Below are positions 10,860-19,980 of a stretch of DNA of 64,000 nt, one piece after another. The position numbers and the translations under genes are program-made. Every line of letters starts with the position of its first letter. Position 1 is the stretch's first letter. The notes under the pieces are model-generated. The model was not told the DNA's origin. It did no database searches and was given only the letters and a program-made list of their open reading frames with translations. The DNA is taken from positions 32,001 through 96,000 of the forward strand of contig CBDBOV010000003.1 of the NCBI GenBank assembly GCA_965208575.1, given 5' to 3'. The stretch comes from Spirochaetia bacterium. Its GTDB lineage: Bacteria > Spirochaetota > Spirochaetia > SZUA-6 > Bin103.

Positions 10860-11852
10860 CTAAGCGGTCTTCGGCCTGCCTTGGCGGCTACGATGATATG
10901 AGATCGTATCATCAACTATTTCGTTGAGTTTCAGTACCGGCAAGTAATCGACTAAGCGCTGCAACCTGTCAACACAAGGCACGCGCCGCTCTATGTCTTC
11001 GAAATCTCTAGGAAAGGCCACATCGTAAGGAATCAGCCTAATGTCTGATCCACTGCGTGTCTTCTCTCTAATCATCCGAGCCAGCTCGATTATCGAGGTT
11101 TCCTCGATCCCTCCAACGTTTACGACCTGTCCGACTGAGGCGGGTGTGTCTATCAACTTACGCATTGCTGTCACGACATCCCGCACGTGGACAAAGGTAC
11201 GTGTTTGAGTACCGTCTCCGTAAACCGTAATTGGCCGATTCTCCAAAGCCTGCTGCACGAACCGCGGTACGACCATGCCATAGCGCCCGGTCTGCCGCGG
11301 ACCCACCGCGTTGAATAGTCGTACAATGATCACGGGAAGGCCCTTCGTATTGTGGTAAGCGAGAGCAGTGAACTCATTGACGACCTTGGAGGCTGCGTAA
11401 CTCCAGCGAGGCTTCGTAGACGGCCCGTACAAACAGTCGTCTGTTTCCTCCAGTGGAACACGCTTTTGCTTGCCGTAGACTTCAGATGTGGACGCAATCA
11501 GAACCCCTTTGCCAGCCTGACTACAGACATCCAGTAAGGTCTCGGTGCCATATACGTTCGTCAGAATCGAAGACAACGGGTTATCAATGATATATCGTAC
11601 GCCGACGGCGGCCGCCAAGTGAACGACATAATCAGAGCGCCGCACAAGTCTGGAAAGGACGTCCTTATTGAGGACAGAATCAACAGTAACTTCCAATCGC
11701 TGCCTCTCGTAAGTACTCAAATGACCGAGATTGTCTAGCGAACCGGTAGAAAGATCATCAACAATGTCGACCTTTACGCCGTCCCGTAGATAGCTCTCAG
11801 CCAAATGAGAACCAACGAAGCCGGCGCCACCCGTGATCAAAACCCTGTTCAA
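10860..11852 (-). CDS. NAD-dependent epimerase/dehydratase
   Basis: GGAGFVG, STSEVYGK, RWSYAASK and RLFNAVGPRQ motifs. Confidence 0.9.
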   Translation of the reverse strand: MNRVLITGGAGFVGSHLAESYLRDGVKVDIVDDLSTGSLDNLGHLSTYERQRLEVTVDSVLNKDVLSRLVRRSDYVVHLAAAVGVRYIIDNPLSSILTNVYGTETLLDVCSQAGKGVLIASTSEVYGKQKRVPLEETDDCLYGPSTKPRWSYAASKVVNEFTALAYHNTKGLPVIIVRLFNAVGPRQTGRYGMVVPRFVQQALENRPITVYGDGTQTRTFVHVRDVVTAMRKLIDTPASVGQVVNVGGIEETSIIELARMIREKTRSGSDIRLIPYDVAFPRDFEDIERRVPCVDRLQRLVDYLPVLKLNEIVDDTISYHRSRQGRPKTA

Positions 11853-13003
11853 CTGCTGCTCCTCGCCAACTGATGTACGAGCTCAAAGTATCGCGTTGCC
11901 ACGGATGATACGTCAAGACTCGCGACGCGTCGCTGCGCCTCAGACCGGATACGCTTGTTCATCGTGGAATTCATTATCACTTCCTCGATCTTCACGCTAA
12001 GTGTTCGCGCGTCGTCGATCGGAACAAGAAGTCCGTTCAGTTTGTCACTAATCAGATAAAGCGCGCCATCTGTCTCGGTAGCTACGACGGGTAGACCGAG
12101 TGCCATGGATTCTGCGATGGCAATGCCGAAGGTCTCCCACCGAGACGAGCTGACTACGACGTCCGCCGATGCGATCCAAGCATAGGGATTTGATGAGTAA
12201 CCGACAAAATACACTCGGGAATCCAACCCGGGAAGACTACGCACCAAGCCCTCGAGCGTCCCTCGCTCTTCACCATCTCCGACTATACAGACTTCGAGAT
12301 CGATGCCACGCGATAGAGTCAAAGCCAACGCCCGAATCAATACGTCGGTGCCCTTAGCATAGTGCAACCGACCGACACTCACCAATCGGTAAACGGCACG
12401 CTTTGCAAGAATGCCGAAGGAGATGGCGGATCGTTCTCTGATGAACGCCCGATCGATCGAGTTGGGAATTAAGGTAAATCGGTTGGAGGAGATCCCTAGC
12501 AACTTCATCGTAGTTCTCTGAATCCCGGGCGAAACGGCGACAAAATGCTCTACGGAAATCGAAAACACAACGGAAATCAATTGCCTAACGATACGGCGCA
12601 ACAGTGTCTTGTTAAGATGCTTGTACAAGTCACTTTGAACGCTCCACACCAGAACCGGACGTCGCTTGAGGAAGAATAGAGCAAGCGCGGATAGAAACAC
12701 GGGTAGCCAAAGAAATCCGATTACGACATCGTGTGGATGCTGACCTAGGAAGGTCCGAAGTCGACCGATGGTACGAACCGCCCACCAGACTTTCGAAACT
12801 ACAGTCTGCGGGGCACTATCAGACAGGTAGTGGACGCGCTCCCGGATGTATGGGAGGGGACGCTCGTTTAGCCAGACGCCTTGTCGTTCGAGCAATAGCA
12901 ACGATGAGTCGCGTCCCGCAGTGCACCATTGCTGGAGGATCTGTAGCAACTGCCGTTCGGCTCCACCGCTGTGGAGGTTGGTGTTAAGCAAGATACACTT
13001 CAT
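11849..13003 (-). CDS. GT4 family glycosyltransferase
   Basis: GGAERQ, VGRLHYAKG and SRWETFGIAIAESMALG motifs; ATG at 13003 preferred over TTG at 13060. Confidence 0.88.
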   Translation of the reverse strand: MKCILLNTNLHSGGAERQLLQILQQWCTAGRDSSLLLLERQGVWLNERPLPYIRERVHYLSDSAPQTVVSKVWWAVRTIGRLRTFLGQHPHDVVIGFLWLPVFLSALALFFLKRRPVLVWSVQSDLYKHLNKTLLRRIVRQLISVVFSISVEHFVAVSPGIQRTTMKLLGISSNRFTLIPNSIDRAFIRERSAISFGILAKRAVYRLVSVGRLHYAKGTDVLIRALALTLSRGIDLEVCIVGDGEERGTLEGLVRSLPGLDSRVYFVGYSSNPYAWIASADVVVSSSRWETFGIAIAESMALGLPVVATETDGALYLISDKLNGLLVPIDDARTLSVKIEEVIMNSTMNKRIRSEAQRRVASLDVSSVATRYFELVHQLARSSS

Positions 13004-13118
13004 TGTTGGACAGCGGACGGAATAAGAGTGTTGACTGATAGCATTTCGTCGAGAGCGCAACCGTTGACCCCTGATGCCGAGTCGGTGAACTCGGTGAGAT
13101 CAGGTCGAGCCCAAGTGG

Positions 13119-13146
13119 AGATTACCGAGATATAGAACAATGTCAA
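13119..13146 (-). promoter_or_regulatory. Putative internal sigma70 promoter (TTGACA-16-TAATCT)
   Basis: Perfect -35 hexamer in the intergenic gap upstream of the 13003 gene; weak -10. Confidence 0.35.
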
Positions 13147-13149
13147 GTG

Positions 13150-14292
13150 CTAAACTGGGTTGTTGGCCGATAGAGAGGTCAGCGCGACTTCGGTTTCGCA
13201 GCACATGATGTCGCGCTTGAATTGCGACGCGAGCAGCGTGGTCGCGTTCTCGGTGTGGCGGACTCGCCTGTCGTCCGACAGAATCGTTCCGACGGCTGCC
13301 TCGAGATCCGCCGGAGAAGCGGGCGGGATGAGGCAGCCGGTCTCACCGTCTCGGACGAGTTCGCTAGTGCCTCCAGCGTTGGTGGCGACGACGGGGATGC
13401 GTAGCGCAAAGGATTCGAGAACCACATGCGGCAACCCCTCATACGTGGAGTTCAGTACGAAGACATCGGCGGTCGACATCAGCGCAGCGAGGCGGTGCCG
13501 GCTGAGATTGCCATAGAATCGTATCCGGTCAGCGCACCCGAGGTTCGCGGCGAGTGACTCGTAGCGCTGGCGCTGGGGTCCATCTCCGGCTACCGACAGC
13601 AGCCAGTCATGATGCGTGGAGACCACACGAATGAGGTCGTCCACGCCCTTCCAGGGTACCAGACGGCAGGCAGTGACAAGATGTGCGTAGTCGGACGGTA
13701 CTCTATACTCGGCTGGATCGGCGGGTGAGACACGCTCGAACGAGTTGTAGATTACAATCAGCCGGGAGGGATCTATGTGCCAACCCGACACGAGATGCCG
13801 AAGATAGTACGACGGAACGACAATCCGGTCGGCAGTGCGCAGCGGGAGATTCCGGAGGAACTTCAAGAGTGCAAGCTTCGGGTTGTGCTGCGGACGCTGG
13901 AATTGCTCGATGGTCAACGTGGTCATGGCCCGGGTAGTCGCACGCTCCCAGGCCCAATCACCGACTACTTTCGCCGCGAGCGGCTTGCGCATCACCAAGT
14001 TCGCAACGAAGGACTCCAGTGCGAGCCCGTTGACATAGATCAACTCTGCCCAGCTACGTTGTGCGACGAGAACGCGCACGACGGCAGTGAATCTCCAGAG
14101 CAGTGGCAGTGTCCGCGATATACGCGTAACTGCGAACGGGAACCGGTCACGAGTCTCGGGTTCGCCGTCGGCCAGGGTCACGGTACGAACTTCGTGCCCG
14201 GCGGTTACGAGGTGCTCAGCCATGACTGGCACGTAGCTGGCGGGCCCGCCGACGTCAGGGGGGAAGATACCGGTCACTATGAGAATGCGCAC
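13150..14292 (-). CDS. GT4 family glycosyltransferase
   Basis: FPPDVGGPA, RLVPWKG and STYEGLPHVVLES motifs. Confidence 0.9.
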   Translation of the reverse strand: MRILIVTGIFPPDVGGPASYVPVMAEHLVTAGHEVRTVTLADGEPETRDRFPFAVTRISRTLPLLWRFTAVVRVLVAQRSWAELIYVNGLALESFVANLVMRKPLAAKVVGDWAWERATTRAMTTLTIEQFQRPQHNPKLALLKFLRNLPLRTADRIVVPSYYLRHLVSGWHIDPSRLIVIYNSFERVSPADPAEYRVPSDYAHLVTACRLVPWKGVDDLIRVVSTHHDWLLSVAGDGPQRQRYESLAANLGCADRIRFYGNLSRHRLAALMSTADVFVLNSTYEGLPHVVLESFALRIPVVATNAGGTSELVRDGETGCLIPPASPADLEAAVGTILSDDRRVRHTENATTLLASQFKRDIMCCETEVALTSLSANNPV

Positions 14293-14395
14293 AGTGCCGA
14301 TCCTGCATACGAAGGCGCGCGGCAGCCCAGTAAGCAGCCACTTGTCAGTTCATGCACAAGACATTCCCGCGTTGCGCTGGGAGCCGCAATCCCAT

Positions 14396-15526
14396 TCAGG
14401 TCGCACCGTCCGAAACCGCCCTCATAATCTCGTCCCAAAGGTCTCGGTTCACCTCCTCCGCGTCAAATCGACATACTGCAAGCTGTCGACTTCGCAATCC
14501 CATGGATCTGATCTGCTGATGTTTGCCGATCAGTCGCCTCATCGCGGCTGCAAGCTTTACCGCATCACGAGCAGGCACGATATAACCATTGTGTCGATCG
14601 ATTACGGTCTCACGACAACCCGGCGTATCAGTGGTGATCACCGGTTTGGCCATGGCCATGGCCTCAAGTGTCGACACTGGGGTGCCCTCTCGATACGACG
14701 GCAGCACGAAGACGTCAGCGTCCGCAAGGTACGGACGTACATCCGTGGTGGCGCCCCTATAGCTTACTATGCCTCGATCCTGGTAAGAGCGAAGCGTAGC
14801 AGGATCGATGGCCGACGGGTGATCGTCGAACGGTCCGACCAAGACCGCTTCAGCCGGATGTCCCTCCTGCTTGAGGATAGCCGCGGCTTCGAGATACTCC
14901 AACACTCCCTTGTGTTTCAGCAATCGAGCGATCATCAGGAAGGTGGTCGTGTCCTTGGCCTTGCGGGCGGGCGCCGGTACGAAGTGCCGCGTGTCGACAC
15001 CACTGCCGTAGACCCGGAAGGTGCGGGACCGAGGCAGGATACCCATGCGTACAAACATATCCTGGTCGTCCGGATTCTGAAAGAACACCATTACGTTTTT
15101 ACTTAGAGCGAAGCGCAGTGCGAGATGTAGTACAGGTCTGATAATCGCCATCATCCGACCATCATCGGTAAACAGGAAGCCAAGCCCGGTGATCACGCTG
15201 AACACGCTGCTAGTCCGCGTGGAGCGCGCCGCTATGGAGCTGTAGATTACGACCTTTGGTGTAAAGTTCAAAATGATGTCAGGTCGCAGATTTGCCAGTC
15301 GCCGCCGCAGCCGGCCGATGGCTAGCACTTCCCGAATCGGATTCGCACCGCTTCGGGAAACAGGCCAGTCAACCAACGACACGTTCATACGTCGCAGGTC
15401 GGAAGCCGCGGAGTCGAGCGCACACACGACAGAGATGCTATGTCCGCAGCCCTGCAGAAACCGAATCAGATTAGACCGAAGCGTGCTCACGCCGGACGCG
15501 CTATTCATGATTATAGCGATGTGCAC
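14396..15526 (-). CDS. GT4 glycosyltransferase (PglA/WbpZ-like)
   Basis: FQNPDD, GSGVD, ARLLKHKG and LPSYREGTPVSTLEAMAM motifs. Confidence 0.9.
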   Translation of the reverse strand: MHIAIIMNSASGVSTLRSNLIRFLQGCGHSISVVCALDSAASDLRRMNVSLVDWPVSRSGANPIREVLAIGRLRRRLANLRPDIILNFTPKVVIYSSIAARSTRTSSVFSVITGLGFLFTDDGRMMAIIRPVLHLALRFALSKNVMVFFQNPDDQDMFVRMGILPRSRTFRVYGSGVDTRHFVPAPARKAKDTTTFLMIARLLKHKGVLEYLEAAAILKQEGHPAEAVLVGPFDDHPSAIDPATLRSYQDRGIVSYRGATTDVRPYLADADVFVLPSYREGTPVSTLEAMAMAKPVITTDTPGCRETVIDRHNGYIVPARDAVKLAAAMRRLIGKHQQIRSMGLRSRQLAVCRFDAEEVNRDLWDEIMRAVSDGAT

Positions 15527-15716
15527 GGAAGCAGCTGCTCCTTCAATGTTTGCCGTCTATCCTTGAGATCGAGATCCAATAGAGGTCGCCACTTGCGCAT
15601 ATGAGGAACCGAGGTGGTAATGCGTTGATCGCAGACCACCACTATATCACTACTGCATCGACCTGGCAATAAACAAAGCATTGAGTCTCGCAGGAGACGA
15701 GAACGCGCGGGCTCTA

Positions 15717-17099
15717 CTAGGTCACATTGTCCACCGTGGCAGCCCTGCGACTGTACGACCCGCCGGCCAGATCAGTCCGAATGCGGTTCAGCTTGGCGGT
15801 TTGCTTCGGATCGGTGATCAAGTTCCGCCAATACTCAAAAAAGAATGCAAGAAGTGTCGACAGTCCGAACACGATTACTGTCCCGATCTGGCAGATCCGT
15901 GAACGGCTTGGCCTAAGTTTGGTAGTGGGGATCTCCGCAGGCTCGATGATGGTGAACGCAGGGATGGTCGCCCGTGCGTTGATCGCTTGTGCATGTTCGC
16001 TGCGTAGCCAGTCGTGGATTCTCAAGTGAAAGTCCAGGTCCCGACGTAATTCGCGGTAGCGAGCGAGCATCCCCGGGAACTCACTCTCTGGAATTGTCAC
16101 AGCCGAGAACTCGTTGAAACCTGCGTGAAGCTCATCCACTGCTCGACGTAAGATATCGGTTTCGCTCTCCAGCGTTACGATCGTCGGATCGCTTTCCGGA
16201 AATGTGCCGCGTAGAGAGCGTAACTGCAATTCGTTAGAGAGTACCCGTTCCCTGAAACTCGAAGCTAGATTCGTGGCCAAGGCTCGTTGTTCACCGGGGT
16301 GGATGAACCCGCTTGTTACTTGGAATGCTTGCAGGCGCGTCTGTGCAACTCTTTGAACGTCAGCAACTATCCGCAACCGGTCTTCGATGTGTCGTCTTCT
16401 TTCTTTTTGTGGTTCCTCGAATACTGTGCGGAGACGTTCACCAAGAAGTACAAGAGCACGCTCTAGCACCGCGGCCGAGAGTTGCGCGGATGTTGACTCG
16501 TATGAAATCGTCATTACGGAAGAGCTCTCATCGAATCGACTCCGTAGCGAATCGTTGAGCATTTGACGAGCGCGAGCCCTGTCGTTCACCCCCGAGGGGC
16601 CGATGAAGCCAAAATCGTCGATGATCTGGTCTTGAATCGTACGTCCCGCGAGCAGCTCAGTCGCCAATGCTGCGGTCCTCTTGACGCTCCTCGAAGTCAC
16701 CGTCCTCGCAGAGGGTCTCACTCGAGATCCGAAAGGAGTCCTGTCGGAAGCCAGCGAATATTGGCGCGAATCAGGGTAATCCAATAGCAAGACGCTAGCC
16801 TCGGATCGGTAAATGTTGGGTAGCAGATTCCAAGGGCTCGAGCTGGGAAGATAGAGAGTTAGAAGCGCGTACGAAAAGATCAATACAGCTCCGATGGTGG
16901 TGCTGGCGACGACGAATCGAAATCGTTCGAATGGGACTCGCAGTAGGTCGTACAGCGAAATGGAGTCATCGGGTACCGTATCACCGCCGACCGGCTGACC
17001 GAGTTCATGGACGCGTTGGTCATCCATACGCTGCTGGCTGGTCGTTAGGTGGTCGAACTCACGTTGGAACTCGTCGCGTGAGCGCCGCGTACTCGCCAC
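15717..17099 (-). CDS. Polysaccharide chain-length determinant (Wzz/GumC-like)
   Basis: ISLYDL N-terminus, two TM helices flanking a coiled-coil region, IIEPAEIP..K.RPSR motif. Confidence 0.75.
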   Translation of the reverse strand: MASTRRSRDEFQREFDHLTTSQQRMDDQRVHELGQPVGGDTVPDDSISLYDLLRVPFERFRFVVASTTIGAVLIFSYALLTLYLPSSSPWNLLPNIYRSEASVLLLDYPDSRQYSLASDRTPFGSRVRPSARTVTSRSVKRTAALATELLAGRTIQDQIIDDFGFIGPSGVNDRARARQMLNDSLRSRFDESSSVMTISYESTSAQLSAAVLERALVLLGERLRTVFEEPQKERRRHIEDRLRIVADVQRVAQTRLQAFQVTSGFIHPGEQRALATNLASSFRERVLSNELQLRSLRGTFPESDPTIVTLESETDILRRAVDELHAGFNEFSAVTIPESEFPGMLARYRELRRDLDFHLRIHDWLRSEHAQAINARATIPAFTIIEPAEIPTTKLRPSRSRICQIGTVIVFGLSTLLAFFFEYWRNLITDPKQTAKLNRIRTDLAGGSYSRRAATVDNVT

Positions 17100-17157
17100 C
17101 GTCTCAGCTCCAATCTCCGGTGGTCGCGCCTAAACCGGACGACGTACGTTCGCCCGG

Positions 17158-18276
17158 CTACTTGGTGGGCTGGCTGTCTGGACGAACGGCGACCGGGGGA
17201 CAACTGGCACCCTGGTACTGAGGGTCGCCATCGGGGATATTGCGGAGATACCAGGCAACGAATCGGTCTACGCCCTCGGTAAGCGAGGTGTGGACCTTGT
17301 GTCCGATTTCTTCTTGCAGCGCGGTGGTGTCGGCCCAGGTGCGGGGGACGTCGCCGGGTTGGATGGGGACTTGACGGGTTACGGCTTTCTTGCCCAAGGC
17401 GTTTTCGAGGGCGGCTACCAGGTCGAGGACCGAGACGGGGTCGCCGTTGCCGATGTTGTAGACGCGGGCAGGGGCCGGGGAGACGGCGGACTGGCGGCCG
17501 TCCCAGTCGGCGGCGCCTTGGGGCCGATGGTCGATCACGCGGTGGATGGCTTCGACGACATCGTCGATGTAGGTGAAGTCGCGTTCCATGTCACCGTGGT
17601 TGTAGAGGTCGATCGGGTCGCCGTTCATAATGGCGCGGGTGAAGGAGAACAGCGCCATGTCGGGGCGGCCCCAGGGGCCGTATACGGTGAAGAAGCGCAG
17701 GCCGGTTGACGGGATGCCGAACAGGTGCGAGTAGCTGTGCGCCATCAACTCGTTGGCGCGCTTGGTGGCGGCGTACAGGCTGACGGGATGGTCGGCGGCG
17801 GTGGACTCGGTGAACGGAACGTGGCGGTCGAGGCCGTACACCGAGCTGGACGAGGCGTAGACCAGGTGTCGCACCGGGGTCTTGCGGCACGCTTCGAGCA
17901 CGCTCAGGAAGCCGTGCACGTTGTTCGAGGTGTAGGCGAACGGGTCGCTGAGCGAGTAGCGGACGCCGGCTTGCGCGGCCAGATGGCATACCACGTCGAA
18001 GCGTTGTTCCGCGCACAGGGCCGCAACTGCGTCGGCGTCCGCAAGGTCGAGGCGTCGGAAGCGCAGTCCCGACTCGGCGGTGAAGGTTTCGGGACCGCAT
18101 GTCTCGTTGCAGACGATTCCGAGTTCATGCAAGCGGTCCAGCTTGAGCTGGACGTCGTAGTAGCGGTTGAGGTTGTCGATCCCAAACACGCGGTGGCCCA
18201 ACTCGACCATGCGGCGTGCGAGGTGGAAGCCGATGAAACCGGCAATTCCGGTAATGAGAATCTTCACAGATCGCAT
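17158..18276 (-). CDS. UDP-glucuronate 4-epimerase (start may be GTG at 18267)
   Basis: GIAGFIG, HLAAQAGVRYS, YAATK and RFFTVYGPWGRPDMA motifs. Confidence 0.93.
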   Translation of the reverse strand: MRSVKILITGIAGFIGFHLARRMVELGHRVFGIDNLNRYYDVQLKLDRLHELGIVCNETCGPETFTAESGLRFRRLDLADADAVAALCAEQRFDVVCHLAAQAGVRYSLSDPFAYTSNNVHGFLSVLEACRKTPVRHLVYASSSSVYGLDRHVPFTESTAADHPVSLYAATKRANELMAHSYSHLFGIPSTGLRFFTVYGPWGRPDMALFSFTRAIMNGDPIDLYNHGDMERDFTYIDDVVEAIHRVIDHRPQGAADWDGRQSAVSPAPARVYNIGNGDPVSVLDLVAALENALGKKAVTRQVPIQPGDVPRTWADTTALQEEIGHKVHTSLTEGVDRFVAWYLRNIPDGDPQYQGASCPPVAVRPDSQPTK

Positions 18277-18303
18277 TATGAGCCCTCAGGCGCTTAGGGG
18301 CAA
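18275..18303 (-). promoter_or_regulatory. Putative promoter TTGCCC-17-CATAAT of the minus-strand polysaccharide operon
   Basis: 17-bp spacing; -10 lies 7 nt before the in-frame GTG at 18267. Confidence 0.45.
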
Positions 18304-18314
18304 CAGGGCAGGGG

Positions 18315-19752
18315 GGGTGCGAACGCCGAAAGCGGTAGCAAATCATTGACTCTGAGGCGGAAAAAAGGTCTACCTACCCCACGACACCACACCATGGGGA
18401 GGTAGACCATGAATACGGAAGGACTTATAACGGCCGCCGAGGGCCTTGTCAAGGAGTTGCAAGGGCGCATCAACGGCGGCCGGATGGATCTCCAGGAGGC
18501 GGAAGCCAAGATCCTTGAGATGGTGAACTGGATCGGCGACGAGATGGTGCAGGAAGTGGTAGCCGGACTCGCGGAGCCGACATCCGCCAACCAGATCACG
18601 GTTGGCGGTGAGGTGGCAGTGTTCGAGCGGGTGCGTAACCTGCGGTTCATCAACCGCTTCGGCGAAGAAGTGGTGCACCCGCGGCGCTGCTACCGGTACC
18701 GGCACCGGAGCGGAGGCGTGGCGCCGCTGGATGTGAAGCTGGGGATCGACGGGTGCTTCGGATTCTCACCGCTGATGACGTACCTGATCTGCATGCTGGG
18801 CGCGGATGAGTCGTATGCCGGTGCAGCGGCAAAACTGGAGGCGATGCTCGGGTTCAAGGTGAGCTCGACGGCGGTGCAGCGCACTACCGAGAAGACGGGA
18901 GAGCGGATACCCGATACCCCCGACGATCTAATTGATGAGCAGCGTCAGCGGCAGCCATGTTCCCTGATGGTGGTCGAGGTAGACGGAACGACGAGCCCGC
19001 AGATCACGGAGCAGGAAGGGATTACTGGTCTTGCCAGCCTCCGGGCGCCGACCTGTTACAAGGAGTGCAACCTGATAGTCATCGAGAAGCACGATGATGG
19101 CAAGGTGATCGACCGCTGGACCGGAGGACGCTATGGACCACGCGGTGAGTTTGCCGGCTACGCCGAGCAGGCTGGACTGCGAATGGGCTTCCTGGACGCT
19201 CCACGAACGCTGTTCCTCGGTGATGGTGCACACCACAACTGGGAACTGCAGCAGACCCACTTCCCCGGCGCGATACCGATCCTGGACTACTACCACGCGG
19301 CTGAGCACCTCGCCGATTACTGCAAGCTGCTGTCTGCTACGCTACGCGATGCCGTCGAGCGCAGCTTGTCCACGATGATGTGGGAAGGCGAGGTGCTGCA
19401 GATGATCCACGAGATGAAGCGTTCACTGTCGAAGGTCACCGATACTGACGAAGCGTGGAAGCAGATCAACTACTTCACGAACAACCAGGACCGTATGGAC
19501 TATGCCCGTTACCGCGATCTCGGGTGGCCGATCGGCAGTGGCTTGGTCGAAGGGCAGTGCAAATTGGTTGTCGGTCGACGCTTCAAGGGCAACGGGATGA
19601 GATGGCGACCGCACGACAACCGCTGCGTGCTACGCACCCGTCTGGCTCTGCTCAACGGCGACCTCAAGCGCTATTTCAGTCCTCCTGACGACTGCGAGAT
19701 CAAAGCGGCCTGATCGTGTCAACCCCTGTTACCGCTTTTGGCATTGGCACCC
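18315..19752 (+). mobile_element. Complete insertion sequence (ISKra4/ISLre2-like DDE element), 1438 bp
   Basis: 26-bp imperfect terminal IRs (GGGTGCGAACGCCGAAAGCGGTAGCA; 22/26 match) and 8-bp target duplication GGCAGGGG at 18307-18314 and 19753-19760. Confidence 0.9.
18409..19713 (+). CDS. DDE transposase (UPF0236/ISKra4-like)
   Basis: EVDGT, LGDGA, ILDYYHA and PIGSGLVEG motifs; GGAGG RBS. Confidence 0.9.
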   Translation: MNTEGLITAAEGLVKELQGRINGGRMDLQEAEAKILEMVNWIGDEMVQEVVAGLAEPTSANQITVGGEVAVFERVRNLRFINRFGEEVVHPRRCYRYRHRSGGVAPLDVKLGIDGCFGFSPLMTYLICMLGADESYAGAAAKLEAMLGFKVSSTAVQRTTEKTGERIPDTPDDLIDEQRQRQPCSLMVVEVDGTTSPQITEQEGITGLASLRAPTCYKECNLIVIEKHDDGKVIDRWTGGRYGPRGEFAGYAEQAGLRMGFLDAPRTLFLGDGAHHNWELQQTHFPGAIPILDYYHAAEHLADYCKLLSATLRDAVERSLSTMMWEGEVLQMIHEMKRSLSKVTDTDEAWKQINYFTNNQDRMDYARYRDLGWPIGSGLVEGQCKLVVGRRFKGNGMRWRPHDNRCVLRTRLALLNGDLKRYFSPPDDCEIKAA

Positions 19753-19824
19753 GGCAGGGGACTCGTCAGTCGCCTACTCGCTCGCTCGTACACGGTGATC
19801 AATCATTTCCTCACTATCGCTTGC

Positions 19825-19953
19825 TCAGATCGACCGGAGTCGCAAAGCGAGGGGCAGCAACCGGCTGGCTCGAAGCCGGCACCGTCGCCGGTCAACTTGT
19901 CGTGCACTGATGAATATGTTGGAGTCGTCCCAATAGATGAAAACCTTGTCCAT
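19825..19953 (-). pseudogene. N-terminal remnant of a NYN (PIN-like) ribonuclease gene
   Basis: Reads MDKVFIYWDDSNIFISARQV then loses resemblance and stops at 42 aa; starts 28 bp after the SBP copy 1 stop. Confidence 0.6.
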
Positions 19954-19980
19954 TTCGAGTTCGGATCACTGCCTCAAGTG

